Virus record (IMG/VR): IMGVR_UViG_2534681604_000008
Coordinates: 1 to 37,975 of that record
Length of the DNA: 37,975 nucleotides
Source: a virus
Taxonomy: Duplodnaviria > Heunggongvirae > Uroviricota > Caudoviricetes
Direction: 5' to 3' (one strand)
Shown: positions 7,588 to 17,226 of the stretch, piece after piece
Layout: each line of letters starts with the position of its first letter
Numbering within the stretch: the stretch's first letter is position 1
Notes under the pieces: model-generated
Seen by the model: only the letters and a program-made list of their open reading frames with translations
Databases searched by the model: none
Told to the model about the DNA's origin: nothing
Made by a program: the position numbers and the translations under genes

Positions 7588-7869
7588 ATGGGTACTATTG
7601 CAACTAAAAGCAAGAAAGCGGCTCGCATCGAGTCAGCCTTGCTGAACAAACTGGCACTGATGGGGCAGAAGACATTCGCTCGAGCAATGGGGGTTCCTGA
7701 ATATCAGGTAAGCCGATGGAAGAATGGTTTCTTCTCGCAGGTAAGCATGATGCTGGCTGTTCTGGAATACGGAATCGAAGACGATGAAATGGCTGAGCTG
7801 ACTAAGCGGCTTGCCAATTACCTGACAAAAGAAAAAGCCCCGAAGAACGGCGAATTCTTCGAGGCCTGA
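7588..7869 (+). CDS. cII: CII transcriptional activator
   Basis: 93 aa; ...[58 protein letters not shown]... aligns closely with lambda CII (recalled). Confidence 0.85.
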   Translation: MGTIATKSKKAARIESALLNKLALMGQKTFARAMGVPEYQVSRWKNGFFSQVSMMLAVLEYGIEDDEMAELTKRLANYLTKEKAPKNGEFFEA

Positions 7870-7903
7870 TGTAGAAAGACTGGATCAATCCACAGGAGTC
7901 ATT

Positions 7904-8050
7904 ATGACAAAACAACTCAGTCCTTACCAGGACAAAATTCACAAACACATACTACGTGATCGCTTCCTGTCCAGCTTCAAGCAGCCTGGTCGATTCCGGG
8001 CTGAGTTGGAAAAAGTGAAGCTGATGCAGAAGGAGAAAGGTCATGAGTAA
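7904..8050 (+). CDS. Small hypothetical protein between cII and O (about 48 aa)
   Basis: Hand-found ORF with AGGAG RBS; overlaps the start of O. Coordinates approximate. Confidence 0.35.
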   Translation: MTKQLSPYQDKIHKHILRDRFLSSFKQPGRFRAELEKVKLMQKEKGHE

Positions 8051-8903
8051 TCTTGCAACCGTAACACATTTAAGGCCTTCACAACGGCCTGTGGAGCGTC
8101 GTGTGGCAGAAGTTGAAGATGGTTATACCCGTCTTGCAAATGCCCTGTATGAAGAGCTTATCGGCGCAGATTTAACGAAAAATCAGAGCAAGGTTGCCCA
8201 CGCCATATGCCGTAAAACATACGGCTACGGTAAAAAGATGGATCGCATCTCTGATAGTCAGTTAGCTCAAATTACCAGGCTGCCAAGACAGAAGGTAAAC
8301 AAGGCCAAGAATGAGCTTATCGCGATGAAGGTTATCCTTCGCGAAGGCCAGCAAATCGGGCCTAACAAGAACATCGAGGAATGGCAAATCGAAGGGTGTC
8401 ACTACTCTGGTGATAATGTCACTGCATTGGTGACAAAAAGTGTCACCAAAACGGTGACAGCGCTGTCACCAAAACAGGGACACACAAAAGAAACTATTAC
8501 AAAAGAAAAAAGAAATAATAAAAACACTATGTCCGAAAGTGTTCGGACGGAGTGTGAAAAATCACCTGACCGTCACGAAGAAACCGACAAGGCATTCGAG
8601 GAAATATTCTGGTGTGCAGGCATGCGGAAGGCCGGGAAGAAAAACGCAGCTTCGGCATTCAGAACACAGTTCAGGGAATGGCGTAAAACTACCAGGGGTA
8701 CGGCAAGCGAGTTTGCCACGATGCTGGCAGAAGACATCGCATGCAGGAATGGTAAGCAGTTCGGATTCGACAGGTTGTTACCATCGAGCTACCTGAACGG
8801 TCAGCGCTGGAACGACGAGAAGCCAGAAACTATTCAACCACAATCCAAACCATCATCCGCAATCACCGTATCGAAAACTGGCTACGTGTTTTTCGACAGG
8901 TGA
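8043..8903 (+). CDS. O: Replication initiator O-like protein (contains the origin iterons)
   Basis: 286 aa in the lambda O position downstream of cII; the gene encloses inverted-repeat iterons and an AT-rich stretch, as ori-lambda does within O. Confidence 0.7.
   Translation: MSNLATVTHLRPSQRPVERRVAEVEDGYTRLANALYEELIGADLTKNQSKVAHAICRKTYGYGKKMDRISDSQLAQITRLPRQKVNKAKNELIAMKVILREGQQIGPNKNIEEWQIEGCHYSGDNVTALVTKSVTKTVTALSPKQGHTKETITKEKRNNKNTMSESVRTECEKSPDRHEETDKAFEEIFWCAGMRKAGKKNAASAFRTQFREWRKTTRGTASEFATMLAEDIACRNGKQFGFDRLLPSSYLNGQRWNDEKPETIQPQSKPSSAITVSKTGYVFFDR
8409..8530. repeat. Origin-like iterons (GGTGA(T/C)A...TGTCAC(C/T) inverted repeats) followed by an AT-rich segment
   Basis: GGTGATAATGTCACT, GGTGACAAAAAGTGTCACC and GGTGACAGCGCTGTCACC in tandem, then an A-rich run at 8485-8530. 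Confidence 0.6.
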
Positions 8904-9010
8904 ACCATGAAATCAAAAATCAAATCGCTACTGGTCGCTGGTTATAACCACGGCTGGTTAAGTATTTCGTTTGTCGATTTCTGGTTTAAAAATCTCAATC
9001 TGAGGGAATC

Positions 9011-10891
9011 ATGACGCCAAGTGAACTCAGTGACCTGCTTTGGGCGCAGGTTGACAGGGTGGCTCCGCACCTGTTGCCAAACGGCAAGAAAGAGGGGCAT
9101 GAGTGGGTTGCCGGTAACGTCAACGGTGACAAGGGAAACAGCCTTAAGGTCAACCTTAGCGGCAAGAAAAAATGGGCTGATTTCGCTGAGGGAGACGGCG
9201 GTGACATGCTTGATTTGTGGATGGCATGTCGTGGAATTAACCTGCATCAGGCTATGCAGGAAGCGAAAGCCTTTCTCGGAATCAAGGATGACGATCACCA
9301 TTTCGATGCCAAACGTGAGAAGAAATTCTCCAGACCTGACCGCAAGAAAATCGCCCGCTACGTTACCAGAACAGAATCCCATCTTGAGTACCTGCAATCG
9401 CGTGGCATATCGCCAGAAATCGTAAAGCGCTACGAGGTTGTCAGCGGCAAGGTGTGGAATGGAGAGCGAGAACTGGATGCTCTGGTGATTCCGTACAAAC
9501 GCGATGGTGAGTTGTTGCAGGTAAAGCGAATCAGCACTGAGCGCCCGGACGGGAAGAAAGTCATTATGGCAGAAGGTGATTGCGAACCTTGTCTGTTCGG
9601 ATGGCAGGCTCTGGACGCTGGCGTGAGGGCGGTTGTACTTTGCGAAGGCGAAATTGATTGTATGAGCTATGCGCAATACGGCATCTCGGCGTTATCCGTG
9701 CCGTTTGGTGGCGGGAAAGGCGCTAAGCAACAGTGGATTGAGTTTGAGTATCACAACCTCGACAGGTTTGAGGAAATATTCATCTCGATGGATGTTGATG
9801 ATGTTGGTCGTGAAGCCGCAAGGGAAATCGCAAGCCGACTCGGTGAACATCGTTGCCGTCTTGTTACTCTGCCGTACAAAGACATCAACGAATGCCTGAT
9901 GAACGGTGTTACCGAGGATGAAATCTGGCAGTACATCGGCACGGCATCCTACTTCGATCCTGAAGAACTCTACAGCGCGCGAGAGTTTTACCAGGACACT
10001 ATCAACGCTTTCTACGGCAAGCAGCAGTATCTGTTTAATCCACCGTGGGAATCTCTGGCAGATAAATTCCAGTTCCGTGAGGCAGAGTTGACGCTGGTCA
10101 ATGGTGTGAACGGTCACGGAAAAACGGAGGTTGTCGGGCATATGGCACTTGAGGCAATGCGTCAGGGTGTGAAGACGTGCATCGCGTCACTTGAGCTGAA
10201 GCCTGGTATTCTCCTTAAGCGCCTTACCCGTCAGGCGACGTGCTGCAAGATGCCGCCAGTGCTGGAAATTGACTCTGCATTTAAATTTTATGACGAAAGA
10301 CTTTGGGTGTTTGGCCTGACCGGAACGGCGAAAGCCGACAGGCTGATCGAAATATTCGACTACGCTCGCCGCCGATACGGGATCCAGTTATTCATCATCG
10401 ACAGCCTGATGAAATGTGGCATAGGCGACGATGACTATAACGGGCAGAAGGCGTTTGTTGACTCGATTTGCGACTTCAAAAACAAAACAAACTCCCACGT
10501 CATTCTCGTTACTCACTCGCGAAAAGGAGACAGCGAAGAAAAACCAACCGGGAAAATGGACGTAAAAGGCTCTGGAGCGATAACAGACCTGACAGACAAC
10601 CTTTTCATCATCTGGCGTAACAAGGCTCGCGAGAGAGCGTTACAGAGAGTTCAGAGTGGTGAAAAGATGTCAGAGAAGGACGAACAGCTACTGGCATCTC
10701 CGGCATCTGTTTTGATGCTTGAAAAACAACGTAACGGCGAAGGTTGGGAAGGTGGTGTCCCGTTGTTCCTTGACGAGCAATCGCACCAGTTCCTGCAACT
10801 TGAATCAGGGTCGCCATATAGCTACATCGCTAATATGCCGAAATCGGAATATGACGAGGCGTGGCGACAGGAAAACGTGACGGAGTATTAA
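9011..10891 (+). CDS. Fused DNA primase (Toprim) and DnaB-like/P4-alpha-like replicative helicase
   Basis: 626 aa; Toprim-like acidic motifs (VVLCEGEIDCMS, ISMDVDDVGREAA); Walker A GVNGHGKT and Walker B-like LFIIDS in the C-terminal half; occupies the lambda P position. Confidence 0.8.
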   Translation: MTPSELSDLLWAQVDRVAPHLLPNGKKEGHEWVAGNVNGDKGNSLKVNLSGKKKWADFAEGDGGDMLDLWMACRGINLHQAMQEAKAFLGIKDDDHHFDAKREKKFSRPDRKKIARYVTRTESHLEYLQSRGISPEIVKRYEVVSGKVWNGERELDALVIPYKRDGELLQVKRISTERPDGKKVIMAEGDCEPCLFGWQALDAGVRAVVLCEGEIDCMSYAQYGISALSVPFGGGKGAKQQWIEFEYHNLDRFEEIFISMDVDDVGREAAREIASRLGEHRCRLVTLPYKDINECLMNGVTEDEIWQYIGTASYFDPEELYSAREFYQDTINAFYGKQQYLFNPPWESLADKFQFREAELTLVNGVNGHGKTEVVGHMALEAMRQGVKTCIASLELKPGILLKRLTRQATCCKMPPVLEIDSAFKFYDERLWVFGLTGTAKADRLIEIFDYARRRYGIQLFIIDSLMKCGIGDDDYNGQKAFVDSICDFKNKTNSHVILVTHSRKGDSEEKPTGKMDVKGSGAITDLTDNLFIIWRNKARERALQRVQSGEKMSEKDEQLLASPASVLMLEKQRNGEGWEGGVPLFLDEQSHQFLQLESGSPYSYIANMPKSEYDEAWRQENVTEY

Positions 10892-10918
10892 ATGACCATC
10901 TACATCACTGAGCTTGTA

Positions 10919-10953
10919 ACAGGCCTGCTGGTAATCGCAGGCCTTTTTATTTG
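10919..10953 (+). terminator. Intrinsic terminator after the replication module (tR2-like)
   Basis: AGGCCTGC-TGGTAATC-GCAGGCCT stem-loop followed by TTTTTATTT. Confidence 0.5.
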
Positions 10954-10967
10954 GGGGAGAGTAAATC

Positions 10968-11174
10968 GTGGCTGAGTTTATGCTCGTCGCACTCAAATGC
11001 GTTGGCGTTGGATGGATTCTTCTGACGTTTTTTATTGTTCTGCATGGCTACATTCGTCTTGTGAATGACGGTAAAGACCCATGGTATACGTTGTTTGGCG
11101 CTACATTTGTCTGGGTGATTATCGGTGTTATGCCTGTCGCTATAGCAAAAATGGCGTGGCGTTTTGTGAGTTGA
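10968..11174 (+). CDS. Small two-helix membrane protein (GTG start)
   Basis: 68 aa, two hydrophobic segments (WILLTFFIVLHGYI and FVWVIIGVMPVAIA); GGGGAGAG RBS; first gene after the tR2-like terminator. Confidence 0.45.
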   Translation: MAEFMLVALKCVGVGWILLTFFIVLHGYIRLVNDGKDPWYTLFGATFVWVIIGVMPVAIAKMAWRFVS

Positions 11175-11191
11175 ACTGAGGGTAAGTATCG

Positions 11192-11518
11192 ATGGACGAA
11201 TCAAGAAAGCAGTTTGAAGAATGGTTTGAAAATTACACCGGATGTGATCCTAAAAATAAAATATACGCCAATATGGTTGAGATGTATTGGCAAGCGTGGC
11301 AGGCATCGCGAGCAGCTATTGAACTGGATATCGACTGGCCCGAATCGAATGACGACTTTTGGAAAGATGGTGAAGAAGGTGCTTATGCGATGGGGCATGA
11401 GGATGGGAAGGACAAAACGGTAATTGCAGTGATGAAAGCTATCAGAGCCGCTGGAATTAAAGAGAAGAATTTCGATGAAGCAAATATACATACTTCGCAA
11501 CGAAGCAATCAGAAATAA
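11192..11518 (+). CDS. Hypothetical acidic phage protein (ren position)
   Basis: 108 aa ORF; its 3' end overlaps the ninB start by 44 nt, so the true C-terminus is uncertain. Confidence 0.4.
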   Translation: MDESRKQFEEWFENYTGCDPKNKIYANMVEMYWQAWQASRAAIELDIDWPESNDDFWKDGEEGAYAMGHEDGKDKTVIAVMKAIRAAGIKEKNFDEANIHTSQRSNQK

Positions 11519-11921
11519 CGCCATAGACGCCATTCTCTCACTACCCATCGACGACAAGTCACCCCACGAAGTCCACGTTAGAGAACCCAAACGCAGCAAA
11601 GCGCAGAATGACCGTATGTGGCCGATGCTGAACGATGTTTCGCGTCAGGTGCTATGGCATGGTCAACGGCTGACGCCGGAAGACTGGAAAGACCTGTTCA
11701 CTGCCTTGTGGCTTAAGACCAAAAAAATGGAGCAAAGAAGTGCGCCTGGTATCGACGGTGGCGTTGTTATGCTTGGCGTTCGTACCAGCAAAATGCGAAA
11801 GGCCAGCATGACTGAGCTTATCGAAATCATGTTCTGGTTCGGCTCAGAGCGCAACGTGCGGTGGAGTGATGACTCCCGGCGAGAGTATGAATGGTCACAA
11901 CGAAAAGGGAAGGCTGCATGA
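11475..11921 (+). CDS. ninB: NinB (Orf-family recombination mediator)
   Basis: 148 aa; alignable with lambda NinB in size and motifs (...DVSRQVLWHGQRLTPEDWKDLFTA..., ...RWSDDSRREYEW...), from recall. Confidence 0.8.
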   Translation: MKQIYILRNEAIRNNAIDAILSLPIDDKSPHEVHVREPKRSKAQNDRMWPMLNDVSRQVLWHGQRLTPEDWKDLFTALWLKTKKMEQRSAPGIDGGVVMLGVRTSKMRKASMTELIEIMFWFGSERNVRWSDDSRREYEWSQRKGKAA

Positions 11922-12445
11922 CTATCAAATCAAATACGCCAGCACACGACAAGGACTGCTGGCAAACGCCGCTTTGGCTTTTTGATGCACTGGATATTGA
12001 GTTTGGATTCTGGCTGGATTCGGCAGCGAGCGACAAAAATGCTCTGTGCGCTCACTGGCTAACTGAGGCCGACGACGCGCTCAATTCTGAGTGGGTAAGC
12101 CACGGTGCAATCTGGAATAACCCACCGTACAGCAATATCAGGCCGTGGGTGGAAAAAGCCGCTGAGCAGTGTATACAACAGCGACAGACGGTAGTGATGC
12201 TTGTGCCAGAGGATATGTCTGTCGGATGGTTCAGCAAGGCTCTGGAGAGTGTTGACGAAGTTCGTATTATCACTGATGGACGGATTAATTTTATCGAACC
12301 ATCGACAGGGCTGGAGAAGAAGGGAAACAGCAAAGGCTCCATGCTGCTGATTTGGCGACCGTTCATCAGTCCTCGACGGATGTTTACTACCGTATCCAAA
12401 GCGGCATTGATGGCGATCGGGCAGGGCGTCAGGAGGGCGGCATGA
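11918..12445 (+). CDS. Phage DNA N6-adenine methyltransferase (Dam-like), in the ninC position
   Basis: NPPY catalytic motif ([10 protein letters not shown]); ATGA overlap with the ninB stop; roughly 175 aa from the coupled start. Confidence 0.8.
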   Translation: MTIKSNTPAHDKDCWQTPLWLFDALDIEFGFWLDSAASDKNALCAHWLTEADDALNSEWVSHGAIWNNPPYSNIRPWVEKAAEQCIQQRQTVVMLVPEDMSVGWFSKALESVDEVRIITDGRINFIEPSTGLEKKGNSKGSMLLIWRPFISPRRMFTTVSKAALMAIGQGVRRAA

Positions 12446-12618
12446 GGAGACAGCGACGAAGTATCACCGACATAATCTGCGAAAACTGCAAATACCTTCC
12501 AACGAAACGCTCCAGAAATAAACGCAAGCCAATCCCAAAAGAATCTGACGTAAAAACCTTCAACTACACGGCTCACCTGTGGGATATCCGGTGGCTAAGA
12601 CATCGTGCGAGGAAATGA
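12442..12618 (+). CDS. ninE: NinE
   Basis: 58 aa [52 protein letters not shown]... matches recalled lambda NinE; ATGA coupling. Confidence 0.75.
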   Translation: MRRQRRSITDIICENCKYLPTKRSRNKRKPIPKESDVKTFNYTAHLWDIRWLRHRARK

Positions 12619-13004
12619 CAATGGATTATTCACAGTTAAGTGATTTTGAAATTAACGTGGCGGTATTCGAAGCCATTCATAACGGATCACCGGATTACAA
12701 AGAAGGTGAGAATGGCGCGATGGTGTTTATCTCATTTGAGGGAGACATTGTAAACGGAGACGCAGTTGAAGTAGAGGTTGAGCGCGGATCCTTTAACCCA
12801 TGCGCAAACCCAGCAGACGCATGGCCGATTATCACTGAAAACAACATCAGCATAATTTTAGACAATCCCTCAATGCCGTGCGCTACAGACAACGCAAGGG
12901 AATTGTTTGATGATGCCGGACCGAATGTTGGTGTCGCATATGACAATCCACTCCGTGCCGCCATGATTGTCTTCCTCATGATGCAGGACGTCAATAATGC
13001 TTAG
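12615..13004 (+). CDS. Nin-region protein (NinX/DUF2591-like, tentative)
   Basis: About 129 aa from the coupled ATG, inserted between ninE and ninF relative to lambda. Confidence 0.5.
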   Translation: MTMDYSQLSDFEINVAVFEAIHNGSPDYKEGENGAMVFISFEGDIVNGDAVEVEVERGSFNPCANPADAWPIITENNISIILDNPSMPCATDNARELFDDAGPNVGVAYDNPLRAAMIVFLMMQDVNNA

Positions 13005-13173
13005 CCCATCCCAATCCCTTCAATACCAGAAAGAAAGCGTCGAGCGGGCTTTAACGTGCGCTAACTGCGGTCAGAAGCTGCATGTGCTGGAAGTTCATGT
13101 GTGCTCCGATTGCTGCGCAGAACTGATGAGCGATCCGAATAGCTCAATGTACGAGGAAGAAGACGATGGCTAA
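12997..13173 (+). CDS. ninF: NinF
   Basis: Hand-found 58 aa [39 protein letters not shown]... with a Cys cluster, consistent with lambda NinF; overlaps neighbours at both ends. Confidence 0.7.
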   Translation: MLSPSQSLQYQKESVERALTCANCGQKLHVLEVHVCSDCCAELMSDPNSSMYEEEDDG

Positions 13174-13777
13174 ACCAGCGCGAAGACGATGTAAAAACGA
13201 AGAATGTCGGGAATGGTTTCACCCTACATTCGCTAATCAGTGGTGGTGCTCTCCAGAGTGTGGAGCCAAGATAGCACTCGAACGACGAAGTAAAGAACGC
13301 GAAAAAGCGGAAAAAGCAGCAGAGAAGAAACGACGACGAGAGGAGCAGAAACAGAAAGATAAACTTAAGATTCGAAAACTCGCCTTAAAGCCCCGCAGTT
13401 ACTGGATTAAACAAGCCCAACAAGCCGTAAACGCCTTCATCAGAGAAAGAGACCGCGACTTACCATGTATCTCGTGCGGAACGCTCACGTCTGCTCAGTG
13501 GGATGCTGGACATTACCGGACAACTGCTGCGGCACCTCAACTCCGATTTGATGAACGCAATATTCACAAGCAATGCGTGGTGTGCAACCAGCATAAAAGC
13601 GGAAATCTCGTTCCGTATCGCGTCGAACTGATTAACCGAATCGGGCAGGAAGCAGTAGACGAAATCGAATCAAACCATAACCGCCATCGCTGGACTGTCG
13701 AAGAGTGCAAGGCGATCAAGGCAGAGTACCAACAGAAACTCAAAGACCTGCGAAATAGCAGAAGTGAGGCCGCATGA
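13166..13777 (+). CDS. ninG: NinG / Rap (Holliday-junction and D-loop endonuclease)
   Basis: 203 aa with Cys clusters and a basic coiled region; matches the lambda NinG pattern. Confidence 0.85.
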   Translation: MAKPARRRCKNEECREWFHPTFANQWWCSPECGAKIALERRSKEREKAEKAAEKKRRREEQKQKDKLKIRKLALKPRSYWIKQAQQAVNAFIRERDRDLPCISCGTLTSAQWDAGHYRTTAAAPQLRFDERNIHKQCVVCNQHKSGNLVPYRVELINRIGQEAVDEIESNHNRHRWTVEECKAIKAEYQQKLKDLRNSRSEAA

Positions 13778-13980
13778 CGTTCTCAGTAAAAACCATTCCA
13801 GACATGCTCGTTGAAGCATACGGAAACCAGACAGAAGTGGCACGCAGACTGAAATGTAGTCGCGGCACGGTAAGAAAATACGTTGATGATAAAGACGGGA
13901 AAATGCACGCCATCGTCAACGACGTTCTTATGGTTCATCGCGGATGGAGTGAAAGAGATGCGCTATTACGAAAGAATTGA
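13774..13980 (+). CDS. ninH: NinH
   Basis: 68 aa [39 protein letters not shown]... (lambda NinH, HTH Fis-like). Confidence 0.8.
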   Translation: MTFSVKTIPDMLVEAYGNQTEVARRLKCSRGTVRKYVDDKDGKMHAIVNDVLMVHRGWSERDALLRKN

Positions 13981-14623
13981 TGGCAGCAAATACCGAAATA
14001 TTTGGGTAGTTGGCGATCTGCACGGATGCTACACGAACCTGATGAAAAAACTGGAGACGATAGGATTCGACACCAAAAAAGACCTGCTTATCTCGGTTGG
14101 CGATTTGGTCGATCGCGGTACAGAGAACGTCGAATGTCTGGAATTAATCACATTCCCCTGGTTCCGAGCTGTACGTGGAAACCATGAGCAAATGATGATT
14201 GATGGCTTATCAGAGCGTGGAAACGTCAATCACTGGCTGTTTAATGGCGGTGGCTGGTTCTTTAATCTCGATTACGACAAAGAAATTCTGGCTAAAGCTC
14301 TTGCCCATAAAGCAGATGAACTTCCGTTAATCATCGAGCTGGTGAGCAAAGATAAAAAATATGTCATTTGCCACGCCGATTATCCTTGTAACGAATACGA
14401 GTTTGGAAAGTCAGTTGATCATCAGCAGGTAATCTGGAACCGCGAACGAATCAGCAACTCACAAGACGGGATCGTGAAAGAAATCAAAGGAGCGGACACG
14501 TTCATCTTTGGTCATACGCCAGCAGTGAAACCACTCAAGTTTGCCAACCAGATGTATATCGATACCGGCGCAGTGTTCTGCGGAAACCTCACATTGATTC
14601 AGGTACAGGGAGAAGGCGCATGA
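13958..14623 (+). CDS. ninI: NinI Ser/Thr protein phosphatase (lambda PPase family, calcineurin-like)
   Basis: 221 aa from the internal ATG; metallophosphatase motifs GDLHG, GDLVDRG, GNHE. Confidence 0.85.
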   Translation: MRYYERIDGSKYRNIWVVGDLHGCYTNLMKKLETIGFDTKKDLLISVGDLVDRGTENVECLELITFPWFRAVRGNHEQMMIDGLSERGNVNHWLFNGGGWFFNLDYDKEILAKALAHKADELPLIIELVSKDKKYVICHADYPCNEYEFGKSVDHQQVIWNRERISNSQDGIVKEIKGADTFIFGHTPAVKPLKFANQMYIDTGAVFCGNLTLIQVQGEGA

Positions 14624-15243
14624 GACTCGAAAGCGTGGCTAAATTTCATTCGCCAAAAAGCCCGATGATGAGTGACTCACCACGGGCTACGGCTTCTGAC
14701 TCTCTTTCCGGTACTGATGTGATGGCTGCTATGGGGATGGCGCAATCACAAGCCGGATTCGGAATGGCTGCATTCTGCGGTAAGCATGAACTCAGCCAGA
14801 ACGACAAACAAAAGGCTATCAACTATCTGATGCAATTTGCACACAAGGTATCGGGGAAATACCGTGGTGTGGCAAAGCTCGAAGGAAATACTAAGGCAAA
14901 GGTACTGCAAGTGCTCGCAACATTCGCTTATGCGGATTATTGCCGTAGTGCCGCGACGCCGGGCGCAAGATGCAGAGATTGCCACGGTACAGGCCGTTCG
15001 GTTGATATATCAAAAACAGAGCTGTGGGGGAGAGTTGTTGAGAAAGAATGCGGAAGATGCAAAGGTGTCGGCTATTCAAGAATGCCAGCAAGCGCCGCAT
15101 ATCGCGCTGTAACGATGCTAATCCCAAACCTTACTCAACCCACCTGGTCACGCACTGTTAAGCCGCTGTATGACGCTCTGGTGGTGCAATGCCACAAAGA
15201 AGAGTCAATCGCAGACAACATTTTGAATGCGGTCACACGTTAG
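14620..15243 (+). CDS. Q: Late-gene antiterminator Q (lambda-type)
   Basis: 207 aa, near-identical to recalled lambda Q, including the zinc-finger cysteines CRDCHGTG...CGRCKG. Confidence 0.9.
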   Translation: MRLESVAKFHSPKSPMMSDSPRATASDSLSGTDVMAAMGMAQSQAGFGMAAFCGKHELSQNDKQKAINYLMQFAHKVSGKYRGVAKLEGNTKAKVLQVLATFAYADYCRSAATPGARCRDCHGTGRSVDISKTELWGRVVEKECGRCKGVGYSRMPASAAYRAVTMLIPNLTQPTWSRTVKPLYDALVVQCHKEESIADNILNAVTR

Positions 15244-15285
15244 CAGCATGATTGCCACGGATGGCAACATATTAATGGCATGATA

Positions 15286-15313
15286 TTGACTTTTTGAATA
15301 AAGTTGGGTAAAT
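15286..15313 (+). promoter_or_regulatory. Late promoter pR' (with qut region)
   Basis: TTGACT, 16 nt, TAAATT in the context TTGACTTTTTGAATAAAGTTGGGTAAATTTGAC, matching lambda pR'. Confidence 0.7.
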
Positions 15314-15349
15314 TTGACCCAACGATGGATAAATGCACTCGTTAAATAA

Positions 15350-15377
15350 AGCCCTGAGTTAATATCTCGGGGCTTTT
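15350..15377 (+). terminator. tR'-like intrinsic terminator (end of a short 6S-type leader transcript)
   Basis: GCCCTGAG-(loop)-CTCGGGGC stem with one G-U pair, followed by TTTTT. Confidence 0.5.
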
Positions 15378-15799
15378 TGCGTTACAATCACAAAAGGAAG
15401 AGCGTTAGGTGAATCGGCGATACTGCCCCACAAGCCCGTTAATCGATAGAGGTAGACTAGCGCTCTTCCTTTTGTGCTGAATTAATCGAATGCCGGAAGC
15501 AGAACCGGATCACCAAATGCGTACAGGCGTCATCGCCGCCCAGCAACAGCACAACCCAAACTGAGCCGTAGCCACTGGCTATCCTGAATTCATCAGTGAT
15601 AGTTACGCTGCGGCCTTCTACACATGATCTTCGTGAAAGCGGGTGGCAAGAGGCTGCGCTAACAACCCCCTGCCGTTTTGCCCGTGCATATCGGTCACGA
15701 ACAAATCTGATTACTAAACACAGTAGCCTGGATTTGTTCTATCAGTAATCGACCTTATTCCTAATTAAATAGAGCAAATCCCCTTATTGGGGGTAAGAC

Positions 15800-16123
15800 A
15801 TGAAGATGCCAGAAAAACATGACCTGTTAGCCGCCATTCTCGCGGCAAAGGAACAAGGCATCGGGGCAATCCTTGCGTTTGCAATGGCGTACCTTCGCGG
15901 CAGGTATAATGGCGGTGCGTTTACAAAAACAGTAATCGACGCAACGATGTGCGCCATTATCGCCTGGTTCATTCGTGACCTTCTCGACTTCGCCGGACTA
16001 AGTAGCAACCTCGCTTATATAACGAGCGTGTTCATCGGCTACATCGGTACTGACTCGATTGGTTCGCTTATCAAACGCTTCGCTGCTAAAAAAGCCGGAG
16101 TAGAAGATGGTGGAAATCAATAA
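15800..16123 (+). CDS. S: Holin S (class I, dual-start motif MKMPEK)
   Basis: 107 aa [34 protein letters not shown]...; lambda S. Confidence 0.9.
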   Translation: MKMPEKHDLLAAILAAKEQGIGAILAFAMAYLRGRYNGGAFTKTVIDATMCAIIAWFIRDLLDFAGLSSNLAYITSVFIGYIGTDSIGSLIKRFAAKKAGVEDGGNQ

Positions 16124-16583
16124 TCAACGTAAGGCGTTCCTCGATATGCTGGCGTGGTCGGAGGGAACTGATAACGGACGGCAGAAAACCAGAAATCATG
16201 GTTATGACGTCATTGTAGGCGGAGAGCTATTCACTGATTACTCCGATCACCCTCGCAAACTTGTCACGCTAAACCCCAAACTCAAATCAACAGCCGCCGG
16301 ACGCTACCAGCTTCTTTCCCGTTGGTGGGATGCCTACCGCAAGCAGCTTGGCCTGAAAGACTTCTCTCCGAAAAGTCAGGACGCTGTGGCATTGCAGCAG
16401 ATTAAGGAGCGTGGCGCTTTGCCGATGATTGATCGCGGTGATATTCGTCAGGCAATCGACCGTTGCAGCAATATCTGGGCTTCACTGCCGGGCGCTGGTT
16501 ATGGTCAGTTCGAGCATAAGGCTGACAACCTGATTGCAAAATTCAAAGAAGCAGGCGGAACGGTCAGAGAGATTGAGGTATGA
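16107..16583 (+). CDS. R: Endolysin R (lytic transglycosylase)
   Basis: 158 aa [24 protein letters not shown]... with the catalytic Glu in the lambda R context. Confidence 0.9.
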   Translation: MVEINNQRKAFLDMLAWSEGTDNGRQKTRNHGYDVIVGGELFTDYSDHPRKLVTLNPKLKSTAAGRYQLLSRWWDAYRKQLGLKDFSPKSQDAVALQQIKERGALPMIDRGDIRQAIDRCSNIWASLPGAGYGQFEHKADNLIAKFKEAGGTVREIEV

Positions 16584-17017
16584 GCAGAGTCACCGCGATT
16601 ATCTCCGCTCTGGTTATCTGCATCATCGTCTGCCTGTCATGGGCTGTTAATCATTACCGTGATAACGCCATCGCCTACAAAGAGCAGCGCGATAAAGCCA
16701 CATCCACAATCGCTGACATGCAGAAGCGTCAACGTGATGTAGCAGAACTTGACGCCAGATACACAAAGGAGCTTGCTGATGCTAACGCGACTATCGAAAG
16801 TCTCCGTGCTGATGTTTCTGCTGGTCGTAAGCGCCTGCAAGTCGCCGCCACCTGTGCAAAGTCAACGACCGGAGCCAGCGGCATGGGCGATGGAGAAAGC
16901 CCAGGACTTACAGCAGATGCTGAACTCAATTATTACCGTCTCCGAAGTGGAATCGACAAGATAACCGCGCAGGTTAACTACCTGCAGGAATACATCAGGA
17001 CGCAATGCTTAAAATAA
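16580..17017 (+). CDS. Rz: Rz i-spanin
   Basis: 145 aa; N-terminal TM ([18 protein letters not shown]) and coiled-coil periplasmic domain; N-terminus matches lambda Rz, C-terminal half divergent. Confidence 0.8.
   Translation: MSRVTAIISALVICIIVCLSWAVNHYRDNAIAYKEQRDKATSTIADMQKRQRDVAELDARYTKELADANATIESLRADVSAGRKRLQVAATCAKSTTGASGMGDGESPGLTADAELNYYRLRSGIDKITAQVNYLQEYIRTQCLK
16779..16964 (+). CDS. Rz1: Rz1 o-spanin lipoprotein, embedded in the +1 frame of Rz
   Basis: AGGAG RBS 8 nt upstream of ATG; signal peptide with lipobox (LLVVSAC) and a proline-rich mature part. Confidence 0.7.
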   Translation: MLTRLSKVSVLMFLLVVSACKSPPPVQSQRPEPAAWAMEKAQDLQQMLNSIITVSEVESTR

Positions 17018-17059
17018 TTTTAATTGCACTGAAATTTAACAAGTGACTTTCAGGAAAAT

Positions 17060-17084
17060 GCCTCGCAGAAGCGGGGCTTTTTTA
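17060..17084 (+). terminator. Intrinsic terminator downstream of the lysis cassette
   Basis: GCCTCGC-AGAA-GCGGGGC stem (one G-U pair) followed by TTTTTTAT. Confidence 0.5.
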
Positions 17085-17226
17085 TGTCCGCAGTAAACGC
17101 GCATCTCACGCGCATATTAACGAGAGCCTTTCAGTAAGCGGGCCTGAGAATTGCCGTTATAGGTGGCGACCTCTCTCGGGCGGCTTTTCTGTGAGACAGG
17201 CTCACTTTCTAAAAGGTAAAGACGCT

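Noticed and set aside
8907-9014. 35 aa ORF between O and the primase-helicase gene
   Set aside because: Weak RBS and no recognisable features; could be real translational coupling, but the evidence is too thin to call.
8942-9676. 244 aa ORF on the minus strand
   Set aside because: Entirely antisense to the primase-helicase gene, with no RBS or recognisable features; treated as a chance ORF. The same applies to other long antisense ORFs such as 12052..12576, 19695..20138 and 21752..22204.
17150-17180. Sequence GGTGGCGACCTCTCTCGGGCGGC resembling the lambda cohesive-end site
   Set aside because: The resemblance is partial, and the packaging module is P22/Sf6-like (small plus large terminase), which does not use a lambda-type cos site; more likely a coincidence or recombination scar.
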